64,000 bases of DNA from a virus. Of this stretch, positions 30,427-39,672 are shown one piece after another. The stretch spans positions 9,525 through 73,524 of IMG/VR virus record IMGVR_UViG_3300009151_009564, one strand, 5' to 3'. Position 1 is the first letter of the stretch. Every line of letters starts with the position of its first letter. The notes beneath the pieces were generated by a model, which was given only the letters and a program-made list of their open reading frames with translations, was not told the origin of the DNA and ran no database searches. Both the position numbers and the translations under genes were made by a program.

Positions 30427-30684
30427 TCATTTATTAGTATTGGTTTCACAGTGTTCGTGTTTACATTTTTTGTGACGGCATTTATAGGATGCAAAAATTG
30501 CGGGTAATAAACAACAAAATATATGGAATTTAAATCCATATAGTATCATAAGGCCTAACCATCCCCATTTGAGATTGTTAAGATCTATATGAAATATATT
30601 CTCTAATAACCTTTCTATACCTTCCATTACTATAAAAGAAAGTATGAATATGATTATAAACTTAATAATCGATTTTCTTTTCAT
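30427..30684 (-). CDS. Small membrane protein with Cys/His-rich tail
   Basis: Hydrophobic segments; CRHKKCKHEHC. Confidence 0.55.
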   Translation of the reverse strand: MKRKSIIKFIIIFILSFIVMEGIERLLENIFHIDLNNLKWGWLGLMILYGFKFHIFCCLLPAIFASYKCRHKKCKHEHCETNTNK

Positions 30685-30883
30685 CTAAAATAAAATTTAT
30701 TAAACTATCTCTTGAATCGATTAAATCAAGTAAATGATTCACTGGTTCTAGAAAAGTTTGTTTTGTTTCAGTATCTTGTATGATATAGTGTGAAGGAGTA
30801 ACCTGTTCAACTACTTTGAACTTTTTACCACTTATATGAGTATGTACTACCCAATCACCTATATTAAAAGATTTAGTTTTCAT
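30662..30883 (-). CDS. Small SH3/KOW-like protein with RD motif
   Basis: FNIGDWVVH; RDSLINFIL. Confidence 0.55.
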   Translation of the reverse strand: MKTKSFNIGDWVVHTHISGKKFKVVEQVTPSHYIIQDTETKQTFLEPVNHLLDLIDSRDSLINFILDEKKIDY

Positions 30884-31118
30884 CTATAATAGTATTTATC
30901 TTTTCGTCACGCCTACGCTTGATACAATAATCTTTAAGATTCTCACTATATTGCCAATCTACATCTATATCAGGATAAATTCTTATTATTTCTATCTCTT
31001 TTTCTCTGAGTTTAGCAGCTTCTTTATACCTCTGACTTTTAACTGATTCACGTTTTTTCAACTTTAGAAAAAGATAGTACTCAATAGTTTCTAAAGGTAT
31101 TTTATCCAAATTATTCAC
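30873..31118 (-). CDS. UVR-motif mini-protein with RD motif
   Basis: KRESVKSQRYKEAAKLREKE; RDEKINTII. Confidence 0.7.
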   Translation of the reverse strand: MNNLDKIPLETIEYYLFLKLKKRESVKSQRYKEAAKLREKEIEIIRIYPDIDVDWQYSENLKDYCIKRRRDEKINTIIDEN

Positions 31119-31449
31119 TTATAATAGTATTTATTTGACGTTCCCGAATAGTTTCTAATAGATCTTTCATTTCATGAAGTCTTAAATTAATTGGTAGTCC
31201 ATTTTTCTCATAGATCATTTTTTCTTTATCACGTAACTCTGCAGCTTTTTGAAACTGCATTTCTTTAACACATTTATTCTTTTCCAAATAAATATCACGA
31301 ATTTCCTGTAAAGTAGTAATAGGTACTTTACACAACATATCTAGTATGTCTTCTTCATTCATCTTAGAAGAATCTTCTAAAAGATTTGGTGGAGAAATAG
31401 TGAGTGAATATGTAAGACCTGAGATATTTATAGTTGTTGTTTTACTCAT
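31111..31449 (-). CDS. UVR-motif mini-protein with RD motif
   Basis: KNKCVKEMQFQKAAELRDKEK; RERQINTII. Confidence 0.7.
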   Translation of the reverse strand: MSKTTTINISGLTYSLTISPPNLLEDSSKMNEEDILDMLCKVPITTLQEIRDIYLEKNKCVKEMQFQKAAELRDKEKMIYEKNGLPINLRLHEMKDLLETIRERQINTIISE

Positions 31450-31501
31450 ATAATAATCTATTTAATTTAATTTAGACTTATAAATTTATCTATTATTTCC
31501 A

Positions 31502-33481
31502 TTATTGAAAAAGTGTTTCTAATCTTAAATCTCTACCTTCAGTAGTTACATATTCATTGATAGTAGTGAATACTTCTTTGTTAATATTCAATATTCTATC
31601 AAATAACTCCTGATTTAAAATAGCGTGATGTACTACAAATATATTAATATTATAATCATTAGCAAAAGATTTTAACAAATTAAGTATATCTTCACATCCC
31701 TCAATATCTATGGAAGAAAAAATCTCATCCAAGAAGAGTATATTAATATGTTTCTTTGTCCTTATTAATTTTAGGTATGCAATGAGTATAGATATGTTTA
31801 TTTTCTTTGTTTCTCCGCAACTTAATGTATCATGATCCACTATATTTCCAAAGTTCTTAATCTGAGCCGTAAATGTTTCATCCAATTCCACTTGAAATGG
31901 TAACCTCATTTTCTTAATATTCTCACTAATAAAGAAGTTAATAGGTTTAATAATACCAGATATAATACTACGTTTAACACCATCTTCTCCAAAGACTTTA
32001 GTTAACTCTTTATAATAAACTTCTTTTTCCTTACAAACAGTTGAATAATCAATACTAATAGACTTCTTTTCACTTAGTTCTTTAATGGTATCTTCAAACT
32101 CAGACATATCAACTGACTTACCCGATTCTCTATCTTTTTGAGTTTGTAACTTCTCAAGTTGGGATTTATAACTCTTTAATAAGTAAGTAATATCATTAAA
32201 AGCTTTATTAGTCTTATCAGACATTTCTTGAAGCTTTGCTTGTTTCTCTCTAATAGATTTAATAGTAGTCTCTATTTCGGTTCTAATACCTTCTAATGAC
32301 TTCTTTTTTTCCAATAAGACATCTTTTAGATTATGAAAGTGATCGTTGTCAAAATCAGTGCCACAAGTAGGACATTTACCAGAATCATAAAGATCAATAT
32401 CTTTTTGAGCAGACTTAATCTCACCATTTATAGTAATAAACTGTTCTCTTTCCTTATCCATTTCAGATTTAAGTTCAGATTCCTTTTGTTTTATCTTTTC
32501 AACTCTTTCCTTCAAAGCTTGATATTCATCTTTCTTAGACTCCATATCCGTCTTAATTTGATCGATCTCGGATTGGATATTTAACTTTTCTTTTTCAAGA
32601 GCTTTTTCGATAGACCTTCTTATAGATTCAATAGAGTCATCTAATGTAGATATTTCTGAATCGTATTTAGTCATTTGTATCTTATTAGCTTTAGCTAAGT
32701 CTTTTAGTATCTGGTTTAAGATATTAATAACTTCAAGATTAAATAACTTATCTAATAACAGTTGTTTCTCCTCATTAGATAAGCTAATAAAGTTTTTGAA
32801 GTCATTAATAGACATAGATATAAAAGATTTGAAGGTTTCAATATCCATTCCAATATAGTTTTCAATCTTTTCATCTATATTAGCTTTACCCGCCCTATCA
32901 TTTTCAATTCCGTTTTCGATTAACTTGAGTGTACTTGGATTAATACCACGCACAACTTCCACCTCACTTCCATTGGATTTGAATTTGATTTTATTTTGTA
33001 ACTCGTTATTAATACGATTAGGTAGAGTAGATAGAGTAGCCCACTTTTTCTTCTTCATTGACTTTACGCGCCCGTAAAGTACATACTCAAAACTTTCAAT
33101 AAAAGATGAGTTATGACTTACTATACCATTAGAATAATATTCTTCTCCATCCACTTCTATATCCCATAGATCCTCTATGTTCGGGTCATGATTTATAGAA
33201 TTTAATTTTTGATATCCATCTTTTGTTAAAATTTTGTCACCTATATTTAAATCTTCCAAAAAAGTCCAACTATTGTTTCTAATTACTCTATGTGTTGGTG
33301 ATCCAGTTATTTCAAATTTTTCTGTTTTAATATTTATCTTACATGAATTCGGAGATGTTATTCCGATATTTTTAATCGACTTATATCCATTTTTTGTATC
33401 TACTTCAACATTATATTTTTTTAAAATACTAAATTTAGATTGTAAGTTATTTAACTCATTAAGTGATATTTTCAATTTCAT
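31502..33481 (-). CDS. sbcC: C-terminal split intein (aa 1-124) fused to C-extein of SbcC/gp46 (Rad50-like) ATPase
   Basis: Intein block B SPTH, block F LWDIEV, terminal SHN|S; extein has coiled coil, CPTC hook, LSCGE signature, ILFLDE Walker B, VVHH. Confidence 0.9.
   Translation of the reverse strand: MKLKISLNELNNLQSKFSILKKYNVEVDTKNGYKSIKNIGITSPNSCKINIKTEKFEITGSPTHRVIRNNSWTFLEDLNIGDKILTKDGYQKLNSINHDPNIEDLWDIEVDGEEYYSNGIVSHNSSFIESFEYVLYGRVKSMKKKKWATLSTLPNRINNELQNKIKFKSNGSEVEVVRGINPSTLKLIENGIENDRAGKANIDEKIENYIGMDIETFKSFISMSINDFKNFISLSNEEKQLLLDKLFNLEVINILNQILKDLAKANKIQMTKYDSEISTLDDSIESIRRSIEKALEKEKLNIQSEIDQIKTDMESKKDEYQALKERVEKIKQKESELKSEMDKEREQFITINGEIKSAQKDIDLYDSGKCPTCGTDFDNDHFHNLKDVLLEKKKSLEGIRTEIETTIKSIREKQAKLQEMSDKTNKAFNDITYLLKSYKSQLEKLQTQKDRESGKSVDMSEFEDTIKELSEKKSISIDYSTVCKEKEVYYKELTKVFGEDGVKRSIISGIIKPINFFISENIKKMRLPFQVELDETFTAQIKNFGNIVDHDTLSCGETKKINISILIAYLKLIRTKKHINILFLDEIFSSIDIEGCEDILNLLKSFANDYNINIFVVHHAILNQELFDRILNINKEVFTTINEYVTTEGRDLRLETLFQ
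33110..33481 (-). mobile_element. IntC half of split intein (124 aa)
   Basis: Ends GIVSHN followed by Ser+1. Confidence 0.85.
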
Positions 33482-35018
33482 TTTTCAAATAATTTTTAAT
33501 TTCTTCTACCGAAGAAGAATATATATGTTTAAGATTACCACTAACACATAAGGTTTTCTTTCTTTTATACTTGTTCTTATATTCAATGTTGTTGAACATT
33601 CCCATATATTCTACATAGCAATCTAATATTGGTATAAAAAAATCACATTTGTAATTTGAATTAGGATATTTTTTTTCATATTTGTATTCAATATTATTTT
33701 CAACTAAAAATCTAGCTATTATAAACTCAGAATCACTTCTACAAAGATGATTATTAAAATATCTCATATTTCCATATTTTGATTTTATATAAATAGAAAG
33801 GGACATTAAATAATTAAGCATGTCTTCTATAGTACAATTATAGTATGTTTGTATAATTTTATTTTGAATCTTCAATGTTATTTCGGTAATGGAAAGGTTT
33901 TTACTAACTAAGAAATCTACCAATTGTGTATATGTGTTAAATTTTAACATATCATAAATCTCATTTTTATCTTTAAATGAGGTTTCTTCAATAAATTTTG
34001 ATGGCCAATCTTCTCCATATTTATGGATATAATAGTCAATACTATTTCCTTTTTTATAGAATGGAAATTTCGATATTAGATATTTATGTAGATCAATATA
34101 TTCGATATTGTAAAACTCAGGAATTAATCTATTATGAATTTTAAGAAAAATATCACCAAATGAATATTTCTTATTGATTAAATAATCGATCAAATCCATA
34201 TAATTTTTAAATTTGAGTAAAAATTTAACAAATTCTTTATTCTTTATAGATTGACAATCTATAAATTTTTCTACCCAATTATCCCCATAATTTTTTTTAA
34301 AGTAATCTATAGATTTAGAGTCCTTACCATCTTTACCATTGTAATTAGATTTATATAGAGATTGTAACCATTTTTCTTGTCTATTTCTCCAGACTATTAA
34401 CCCTTGTTCTTTTCCATACTTAGAAACACATTTTTCTAAAGAAAATGTGTGTTGTCGTTCAGATAGTTTATTTTTTGCTTCTTCGATCGAAAATCCAGAA
34501 CTTAACCAATATTCAATATTTGTAGGTTGTTTTGATTTGATTATATTTCTAAACTTTTCATCTTCTCGATATTTAACACCGCGTTTGAAGCTATTTTCAG
34601 ATTGAAATTCTTTTATTTTAAGATTTGATTCTTCAACAGAAAAACCCCTCGAAGTCCAATATTCCAAATTTGTTTTTCTTTGGGATTTTATTTTTTTATT
34701 TGCCTCTTCTATAGAAAATCCTTTTGATACCCAATACTCTATTCTCATAGGTGATTTATTACCAACAATTGGTTTAGTTCTTTTTAGTTCAGCTTCATAT
34801 TCATCCCAACCCCTAGCTATCCAATAATTTATTGATGATTTACCTATTTTAGGCATATTAATTTTCGATTTCATTAATCTTATAAAAACAAATTTACCAA
34901 CCGTAAAATCATCTTCAACAAACATGGAATTATAGAAATATATTTTTGATGGGTGGAACTCCATCAAGTAATTTTCCAATTGCTTTTTATTTATCTCTAT
35001 ATTTGATATATTCTTCAT
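33459..35018 (-). CDS. Free-standing putative endonuclease between the split-intein halves
   Basis: YW..RG.S.EEA repeats; C-terminal PD-(D/E)xK-like CDFFIPILDCYVEYMG; overlaps both flanking half-genes. Confidence 0.7.
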   Translation of the reverse strand: MKNISNIEINKKQLENYLMEFHPSKIYFYNSMFVEDDFTVGKFVFIRLMKSKINMPKIGKSSINYWIARGWDEYEAELKRTKPIVGNKSPMRIEYWVSKGFSIEEANKKIKSQRKTNLEYWTSRGFSVEESNLKIKEFQSENSFKRGVKYREDEKFRNIIKSKQPTNIEYWLSSGFSIEEAKNKLSERQHTFSLEKCVSKYGKEQGLIVWRNRQEKWLQSLYKSNYNGKDGKDSKSIDYFKKNYGDNWVEKFIDCQSIKNKEFVKFLLKFKNYMDLIDYLINKKYSFGDIFLKIHNRLIPEFYNIEYIDLHKYLISKFPFYKKGNSIDYYIHKYGEDWPSKFIEETSFKDKNEIYDMLKFNTYTQLVDFLVSKNLSITEITLKIQNKIIQTYYNCTIEDMLNYLMSLSIYIKSKYGNMRYFNNHLCRSDSEFIIARFLVENNIEYKYEKKYPNSNYKCDFFIPILDCYVEYMGMFNNIEYKNKYKRKKTLCVSGNLKHIYSSSVEEIKNYLKNEIENIT

Positions 35019-35280
35019 ATAATTTTATGTTTTTTTCTTTTATATATAAAATATATGAACTTTCCTCTCCCATTACTTCCAAAAAATATAAAAGATCTTG
35101 TAGAGTAAATAATTCTATTGGAATATTAACCTCTATTGTGGTCGATGGGATTAAGCTTTTACCATTACCATTAGATCCGGTTAAAAGAATAAGTTCTCCC
35201 TTTTCAGTGTTTAGTTTAATGGTTTGTTCGTTATTTCCAAAGGATTTAAACCCTTTAATAGTTATTTCATTGATTAACAT
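34987..35280 (-). CDS. sbcC: N-extein of SbcC/gp46 (aa 1-41) plus IntN
   Basis: IKGFKSFGN...LLTGSNGNGK then SLIPSTTIEV (intein block A) starting at 35157. Confidence 0.85.
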   Translation of the reverse strand: MLINEITIKGFKSFGNNEQTIKLNTEKGELILLTGSNGNGKSLIPSTTIEVNIPIELFTLQDLLYFLEVMGEESSYILYIKEKNIKLYEEYIKYRDK

Positions 35281-35819
35281 TTATCATCATTATTTTCATT
35301 GTTTAGAAGTTCTTCTAAATTAGATTCTCTGGATAGTTTAGTAGATATACATATTTCATCAATCTCATTAAGAAAAGCTTCCCTATGTGACTCTTGTTTA
35401 ATAGAATTTAAAAAAGGACTAAGTCTATCAAACATTTTATCGTCATTATATGATAGTGGATGTTTAACTGGAGTGTTTCCAAGTGTGAACATTCCACTTG
35501 AGTTATATCGATTTATTCTAAATCCTTTTTTATGGATTATAATATCTATTGTATCATTGCCTATGTGTCCAGTAATGGTCATCCTTTCCGATGAAGTAGA
35601 TGTGGTAAACTTATCGGTTGCTTTACCAGCTCTAATAGCAAACTTATAGAAGTTCTCAGATATTTCTTCATCATAATAACTCATAGGATCTTCATATGTA
35701 GTAGGGTTAGAGACTGTCAGGTATTTATTACTGGTGGTATAGGGTGAGGTATTTTCTGTACTTTTATTGTACTCACTGATTGTTTCTTCGATTATTTTCT
35801 TTAATTTACTTTTTTTCAT
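35274..35819 (-). CDS. Hypothetical protein with RE-variant motif
   Basis: RESNLEELL near C-terminus. Confidence 0.55.
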   Translation of the reverse strand: MKKSKLKKIIEETISEYNKSTENTSPYTTSNKYLTVSNPTTYEDPMSYYDEEISENFYKFAIRAGKATDKFTTSTSSERMTITGHIGNDTIDIIIHKKGFRINRYNSSGMFTLGNTPVKHPLSYNDDKMFDRLSPFLNSIKQESHREAFLNEIDEICISTKLSRESNLEELLNNENNDDKC

Positions 35820-35851
35820 AATACTTATATCTATTTTTAATATATAGTTTT

Positions 35852-36190
35852 ATGAGAATAAAGAGGTTTAATGAGTCAAGAAAAGCTACGAAAGTAAATC
35901 AAGTTTCCTTTATGGATAAGAAAAGAAATCACATAATGGATGATTTCCTTTCTGTTGAAAGGAAAAAGATTATTGAAATTTTAATGGATAGAAAGAAAAG
36001 ACAATATATTCGTTGGTCTTTTAATTCCGATTTTCTCGAAATATGGACTGATAATAACTCCACCGAAGTGGTGAAGTTAGACGACCTATGGTTTACTGTA
36101 ATAAGGACAGATAAATGGGGGCAAAATGATTACTTTATCTGTGATGATGAAACCGAGTTATATGACTTTTTGAAGAATGAATACTTATAG
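35852..36190 (+). CDS. Hypothetical protein with CTS-like N-terminus
   Basis: MRIKRFNES; TAATATATA at 35838; related to 14183. Confidence 0.6.
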   Translation: MRIKRFNESRKATKVNQVSFMDKKRNHIMDDFLSVERKKIIEILMDRKKRQYIRWSFNSDFLEIWTDNNSTEVVKLDDLWFTVIRTDKWGQNDYFICDDETELYDFLKNEYL

Positions 36191-37249
36191 GTTACAATTT
36201 TTTATTGTATTATAATTTTTATCTATTATGAATAAAAAATTATAACCATTTAATTTTGAATATTTTTCTTTGGCTAAATTTTTGTCTAAATCAACACTGT
36301 ATGTATAATTAGATTTAACCTCAATTATCAAATTATATTTTTCTATATAAAAATCTGCATGATAAACATGTTTTTTACCATTTAATTCATATTCTAATGA
36401 AGGACCATTTGAAACTAAATCTATAATATTACTTTCTTGACAATAATTCAAAAAATCTAATTCATATGTTCCCTGACTAAATAATTCTTCATTATAATAG
36501 GTTATCTTATAAGCCGATAATAACATCTTTTCAAAAATCTCTTTTCTTTGCATTGGATGTTCCACACCATATTTTTCCAAATAGTTCTCTTTATATGCAA
36601 TGATTTGTTTATTGGATATTTCTTTATTCTGACTAGGATTTTTAACACCATAGTTTTTAAAACAAGTCTCTTCTTTCTTCTTTTTTATATCTAATAATTT
36701 TGAAACATTATTAACACCATATTTGAATAATAAATCCTCATACATTTTATTTTTTATAACATCTGATTGTAAAGGAAACTCAAATCCATATTTATTTAAC
36801 ATACCGTTTTTAACTTTATCTCTTAATTTAAGACCGTTTTTAACACCGTAATTTTTTAAACATGTTTCTATTTTTTTATCTTTTATACTTTGTGATTTAG
36901 AAGGATTATCAACACCATAATTTTTAATAAAAGTTTGTTTCTTTTTTTCTTGCCAATTTGAATTTAAAGATAAATTATTTTTCTTCATCATTTCGGTTCT
37001 TTTTAATAATCCACATTCCTTACATGAATAAAAACTATTTCTTTTAATATTTTTTACATATTTAGCATATTGAATATTATATTCATTTTTACATAAATCA
37101 CAAATAACATCTATTTTTTGGTTTGATACCTCTTTTAAATCTACAATTTTAAATTCAACCTCTTTTTTACTTAAATCATATCCTAAATTGGAATAATTTT
37201 GTTTTAAACCTGACGATACTTTTAATTTTATTGTTTCATTTTTTATCAT
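36185..37249 (-). CDS. Putative homing endonuclease with KYGV.N repeats; paralog of 59792
   Basis: CDLC..C, KNYGVDNPS repeats, QGTYELDF, YHADFYI..IIEVKS; start 37249 follows TAATATATA. Confidence 0.7.
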   Translation of the reverse strand: MIKNETIKLKVSSGLKQNYSNLGYDLSKKEVEFKIVDLKEVSNQKIDVICDLCKNEYNIQYAKYVKNIKRNSFYSCKECGLLKRTEMMKKNNLSLNSNWQEKKKQTFIKNYGVDNPSKSQSIKDKKIETCLKNYGVKNGLKLRDKVKNGMLNKYGFEFPLQSDVIKNKMYEDLLFKYGVNNVSKLLDIKKKKEETCFKNYGVKNPSQNKEISNKQIIAYKENYLEKYGVEHPMQRKEIFEKMLLSAYKITYYNEELFSQGTYELDFLNYCQESNIIDLVSNGPSLEYELNGKKHVYHADFYIEKYNLIIEVKSNYTYSVDLDKNLAKEKYSKLNGYNFLFIIDKNYNTIKNCNL

Positions 37250-37259
37250 AAAGTATATA

Positions 37260-37955
37260 TTAAAAGTTCCAACTCCTGTCGAGGATATTATACAAAATCC
37301 TTGCATCATTTATATCTTCAAATGGCTTAGGGACTTTCGAGAGCGACATTATATCAGATTTTAAATTTCTACATAAGTTAACCCACTCGTCTACTAGTTC
37401 ATCATTATCAACTATTGCTAAAAACATCTCTCTCTTTGTAAAGTTACCACCAGCAACCCCATCATTATTTTTATAAACCCACTTTTCTTTCTTCTTACCT
37501 ATGTTAATTGGTTTGTAAGTAAGTTTACAAGCTTCTTGTTTTAGTGAAGAAGGTGATAAAACTAATATGTCTTTAGTAACATAATCCCATAACTTCTTTC
37601 TTAATAAAGTTGAAAATGCCACCAAATCTATTAGATCTCCAGCAGAAGAACCAAAAGAAAATCCTTCAATACCGACTTTAGTTTCTTGATCCTTATCTAT
37701 ATTTTCTAATATATCACTGATAATCATATCAGTGATTAAGTCATAATCTTTTAATTTAGTTAGTTCACCTTCTGAATAGTTTTCAAAATGACGGTAAGTA
37801 ATATATCTTAACTCCATTTTTCCTTCACAAAGTTTAAACCATTTACTAAGTCCACTTTTATTATTTGCGTCACTTTCACGACAATAGTTAAAAATTTTAC
37901 CATTTACTACTAAACCAGTTGAGATTAAACTGGGATCTATTCCTATTATATTCAT
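37260..37955 (-). CDS. RuvC-like Holliday junction resolvase
   Basis: IIGIDPSLISTG, VGIEGFS, PSSLK, DINDA. Confidence 0.75.
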   Translation of the reverse strand: MNIIGIDPSLISTGLVVNGKIFNYCRESDANNKSGLSKWFKLCEGKMELRYITYRHFENYSEGELTKLKDYDLITDMIISDILENIDKDQETKVGIEGFSFGSSAGDLIDLVAFSTLLRKKLWDYVTKDILVLSPSSLKQEACKLTYKPINIGKKKEKWVYKNNDGVAGGNFTKREMFLAIVDNDELVDEWVNLCRNLKSDIMSLSKVPKPFEDINDARILYNILDRSWNF

Positions 37956-38012
37956 AATAGTATCTATTTAAAATTTGTTTTCTCCTTTCAAATATTTTAC
38001 ATATTTTTGTAT

Positions 38013-38186
38013 ATGGATTGGATTGAACGTAAGAAAATACGAACTGAAAAGTATCAGAAAAATCACGGAAAAAAACTAATCAAATGTATAGCCTGTAATG
38101 GCAGTGGTTATTATGATACAACAATTAATGGTAAAATTCCAAAGTGTTCTTCCTGTATGGGAACGGGTTTGGAGAGGGAAAAATAA
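38013..38186 (+). CDS. 57-aa DnaJ-type zinc-finger protein (not in ORF track)
   Basis: CIACNGSG...CSSCMGTG; TATTTTTG at 38002-38009. Confidence 0.65.
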   Translation: MDWIERKKIRTEKYQKNHGKKLIKCIACNGSGYYDTTINGKIPKCSSCMGTGLEREK

Positions 38187-38237
38187 TTTTATTATTTACC
38201 AAAATTGTCGTATCTTTGTGTAACAAAACAATCAAAT

Positions 38238-38696
38238 ATGAGCGGTATTATAAAACACGAAATGGGTCTTAAATTTATCTTTGGTGGTAAGTCATTTGTT
38301 ACGTTTCTTAATACCAACACTTCAAACCGTTTCACATATAAAGTTGTTAAACACAAGACTGACGACATTTACTTTATCAATGTTTTAACAAGTCCAGATA
38401 CATATACCTTTTTTGGTACATATAGGAACGGACAGTTTAAACACTCCCCTAAAGCTAGAATAAGTGCGGAAGCTCAGTCGGTTAAAGTATTTCAGTTTGT
38501 TATTGCTAAGTTAGCAACAAACACATTAAGTAACTTGATTGAAATCTACCACGATGGTCGTTGTGGTAAATGTGGTAAACAACTGACTGTACCGGAATCA
38601 GTAGAAACCGGGTTCGGACCAGAATGTTACAAACGTATTGCTTCTAAACAAGATATTCGTGACTCAAAACTCACACAACTATTAAAAGGAATGTAA
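38238..38696 (+). CDS. DUF6011-like zinc-finger protein with terminal RD motif
   Basis: GRCGKCGKQLTVPESVETGFGPEC; RDSKLTQLL; start 38238 lies after TATCTTTG at 38211-38218. Confidence 0.7.
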   Translation: MSGIIKHEMGLKFIFGGKSFVTFLNTNTSNRFTYKVVKHKTDDIYFINVLTSPDTYTFFGTYRNGQFKHSPKARISAEAQSVKVFQFVIAKLATNTLSNLIEIYHDGRCGKCGKQLTVPESVETGFGPECYKRIASKQDIRDSKLTQLLKGM

Positions 38697-38697
38697 A

Positions 38698-38949
38698 ATG
38701 ATAAACACAATAATTTATCTACTCACTATTGTAGGAGTATTTTTCAGTATTCGATTTTTTATTAAGCTAATCAAGAATGAAAAAATGGCTAATGTATTTC
38801 GCCAAAATCTCCGGAAAGGAGACAAAGTTACCTTTCATGTGATGCGATCTCAAAGACCAGAAGGAGAGATTCTAGATCTAGATCCACTTGGTGATGGACA
38901 ATTTGTTAAGATAACTACTGTTGTGCCTAAACGATTTATATATCCATGA
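38698..38949 (+). CDS. Small membrane-anchored protein (YajC-like architecture)
   Basis: N-terminal TM helix then FRQNLRKGDKV. Confidence 0.5.
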   Translation: MINTIIYLLTIVGVFFSIRFFIKLIKNEKMANVFRQNLRKGDKVTFHVMRSQRPEGEILDLDPLGDGQFVKITTVVPKRFIYP

Positions 38950-39425
38950 TTATTCCTATGATAATTCAGTTTTTTACTTTAGGTAGTTTCTATTTTATTT
39001 TCAGGTATATGAGAATGATGAAGAAACGTGATTTTATTCAAGGATCCCTAGAAAAGGGATTAATATGTTATCATTGTAATGAAGATATATTTGATACAAG
39101 TGATGACCCACAAAGAGCAATAAATCTTTGGGAGAAAGAAGGTATAAATAGGGAATTATGTGTTCCATGTAAAAGAGATGAATCGTTAAATAACCTTTTG
39201 AATAAAAAGAGTATTAGATCGATTGTGGAAGATTTATCTACATCCAAAAACTATAAAAAGATATATTTCCCTCTACTGTTTGGTTCTATGGTTTTTAACA
39301 TACTTGGTGTTCTTATCAAGATTCCAATACTTGGATTGATGGGATCTATATTTTTATTTTCAGGACAGTGGTTCTTCTATATAAGAACACTTAGAACAAC
39401 AAGGGAAAAAAAGACCCAATCATAA
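38946..39425 (+). CDS. Membrane protein with CxxC pairs and internal RD motif
   Basis: CYHC, CVPC, RDESLNNLL, TM segments. Confidence 0.6.
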   Translation: MIIPMIIQFFTLGSFYFIFRYMRMMKKRDFIQGSLEKGLICYHCNEDIFDTSDDPQRAINLWEKEGINRELCVPCKRDESLNNLLNKKSIRSIVEDLSTSKNYKKIYFPLLFGSMVFNILGVLIKIPILGLMGSIFLFSGQWFFYIRTLRTTREKKTQS

Positions 39426-39442
39426 TCTTGATTGGGTCTTTT
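39409..39442. terminator. Bidirectional terminator hairpin overlapping two convergent gene ends
   Basis: AAAAGACCCAATCA / TGATTGGGTCTTTT 14-bp stem. Confidence 0.7.
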
Positions 39443-39629
39443 CAATTTGTTCCAAAACTCCTCGTTTAAACAGTTCTTCTAGGACAGACTCACACGTATA
39501 AGGTTTGTCTATATAGAACTCTATATTATCAACTATATTGTTGATACCAGCCTTATATAAAATCTCTACATTAAATCTCTTAGTATCAAGATTTCTTTCC
39601 CTTAAAATGTTTAAAATTCGTTGTTTCAT
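39420..39629 (-). CDS. Small hypothetical protein
   Basis: 69 aa ORF downstream of the recombinase. Confidence 0.45.
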   Translation of the reverse strand: MKQRILNILRERNLDTKRFNVEILYKAGINNIVDNIEFYIDKPYTCESVLEELFKRGVLEQIEKTQSRL

Positions 39630-39672
39630 GGTCTAAAGATTGTTTGATTTATTGTATATTATTTTTTATTTA

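Noticed and set aside
33459-35018. Group I intron interrupting sbcC
   Set aside because: The endonuclease ORF overlaps both flanking ORFs, leaving no room for a ribozyme core, and the intein motifs explain the split. Not tested by RT-PCR.
39409-39442. Shared EK(K)TQS C-termini of two convergent proteins as a peptide motif
   Set aside because: By-product of the terminator inverted repeat overlapping both gene ends.
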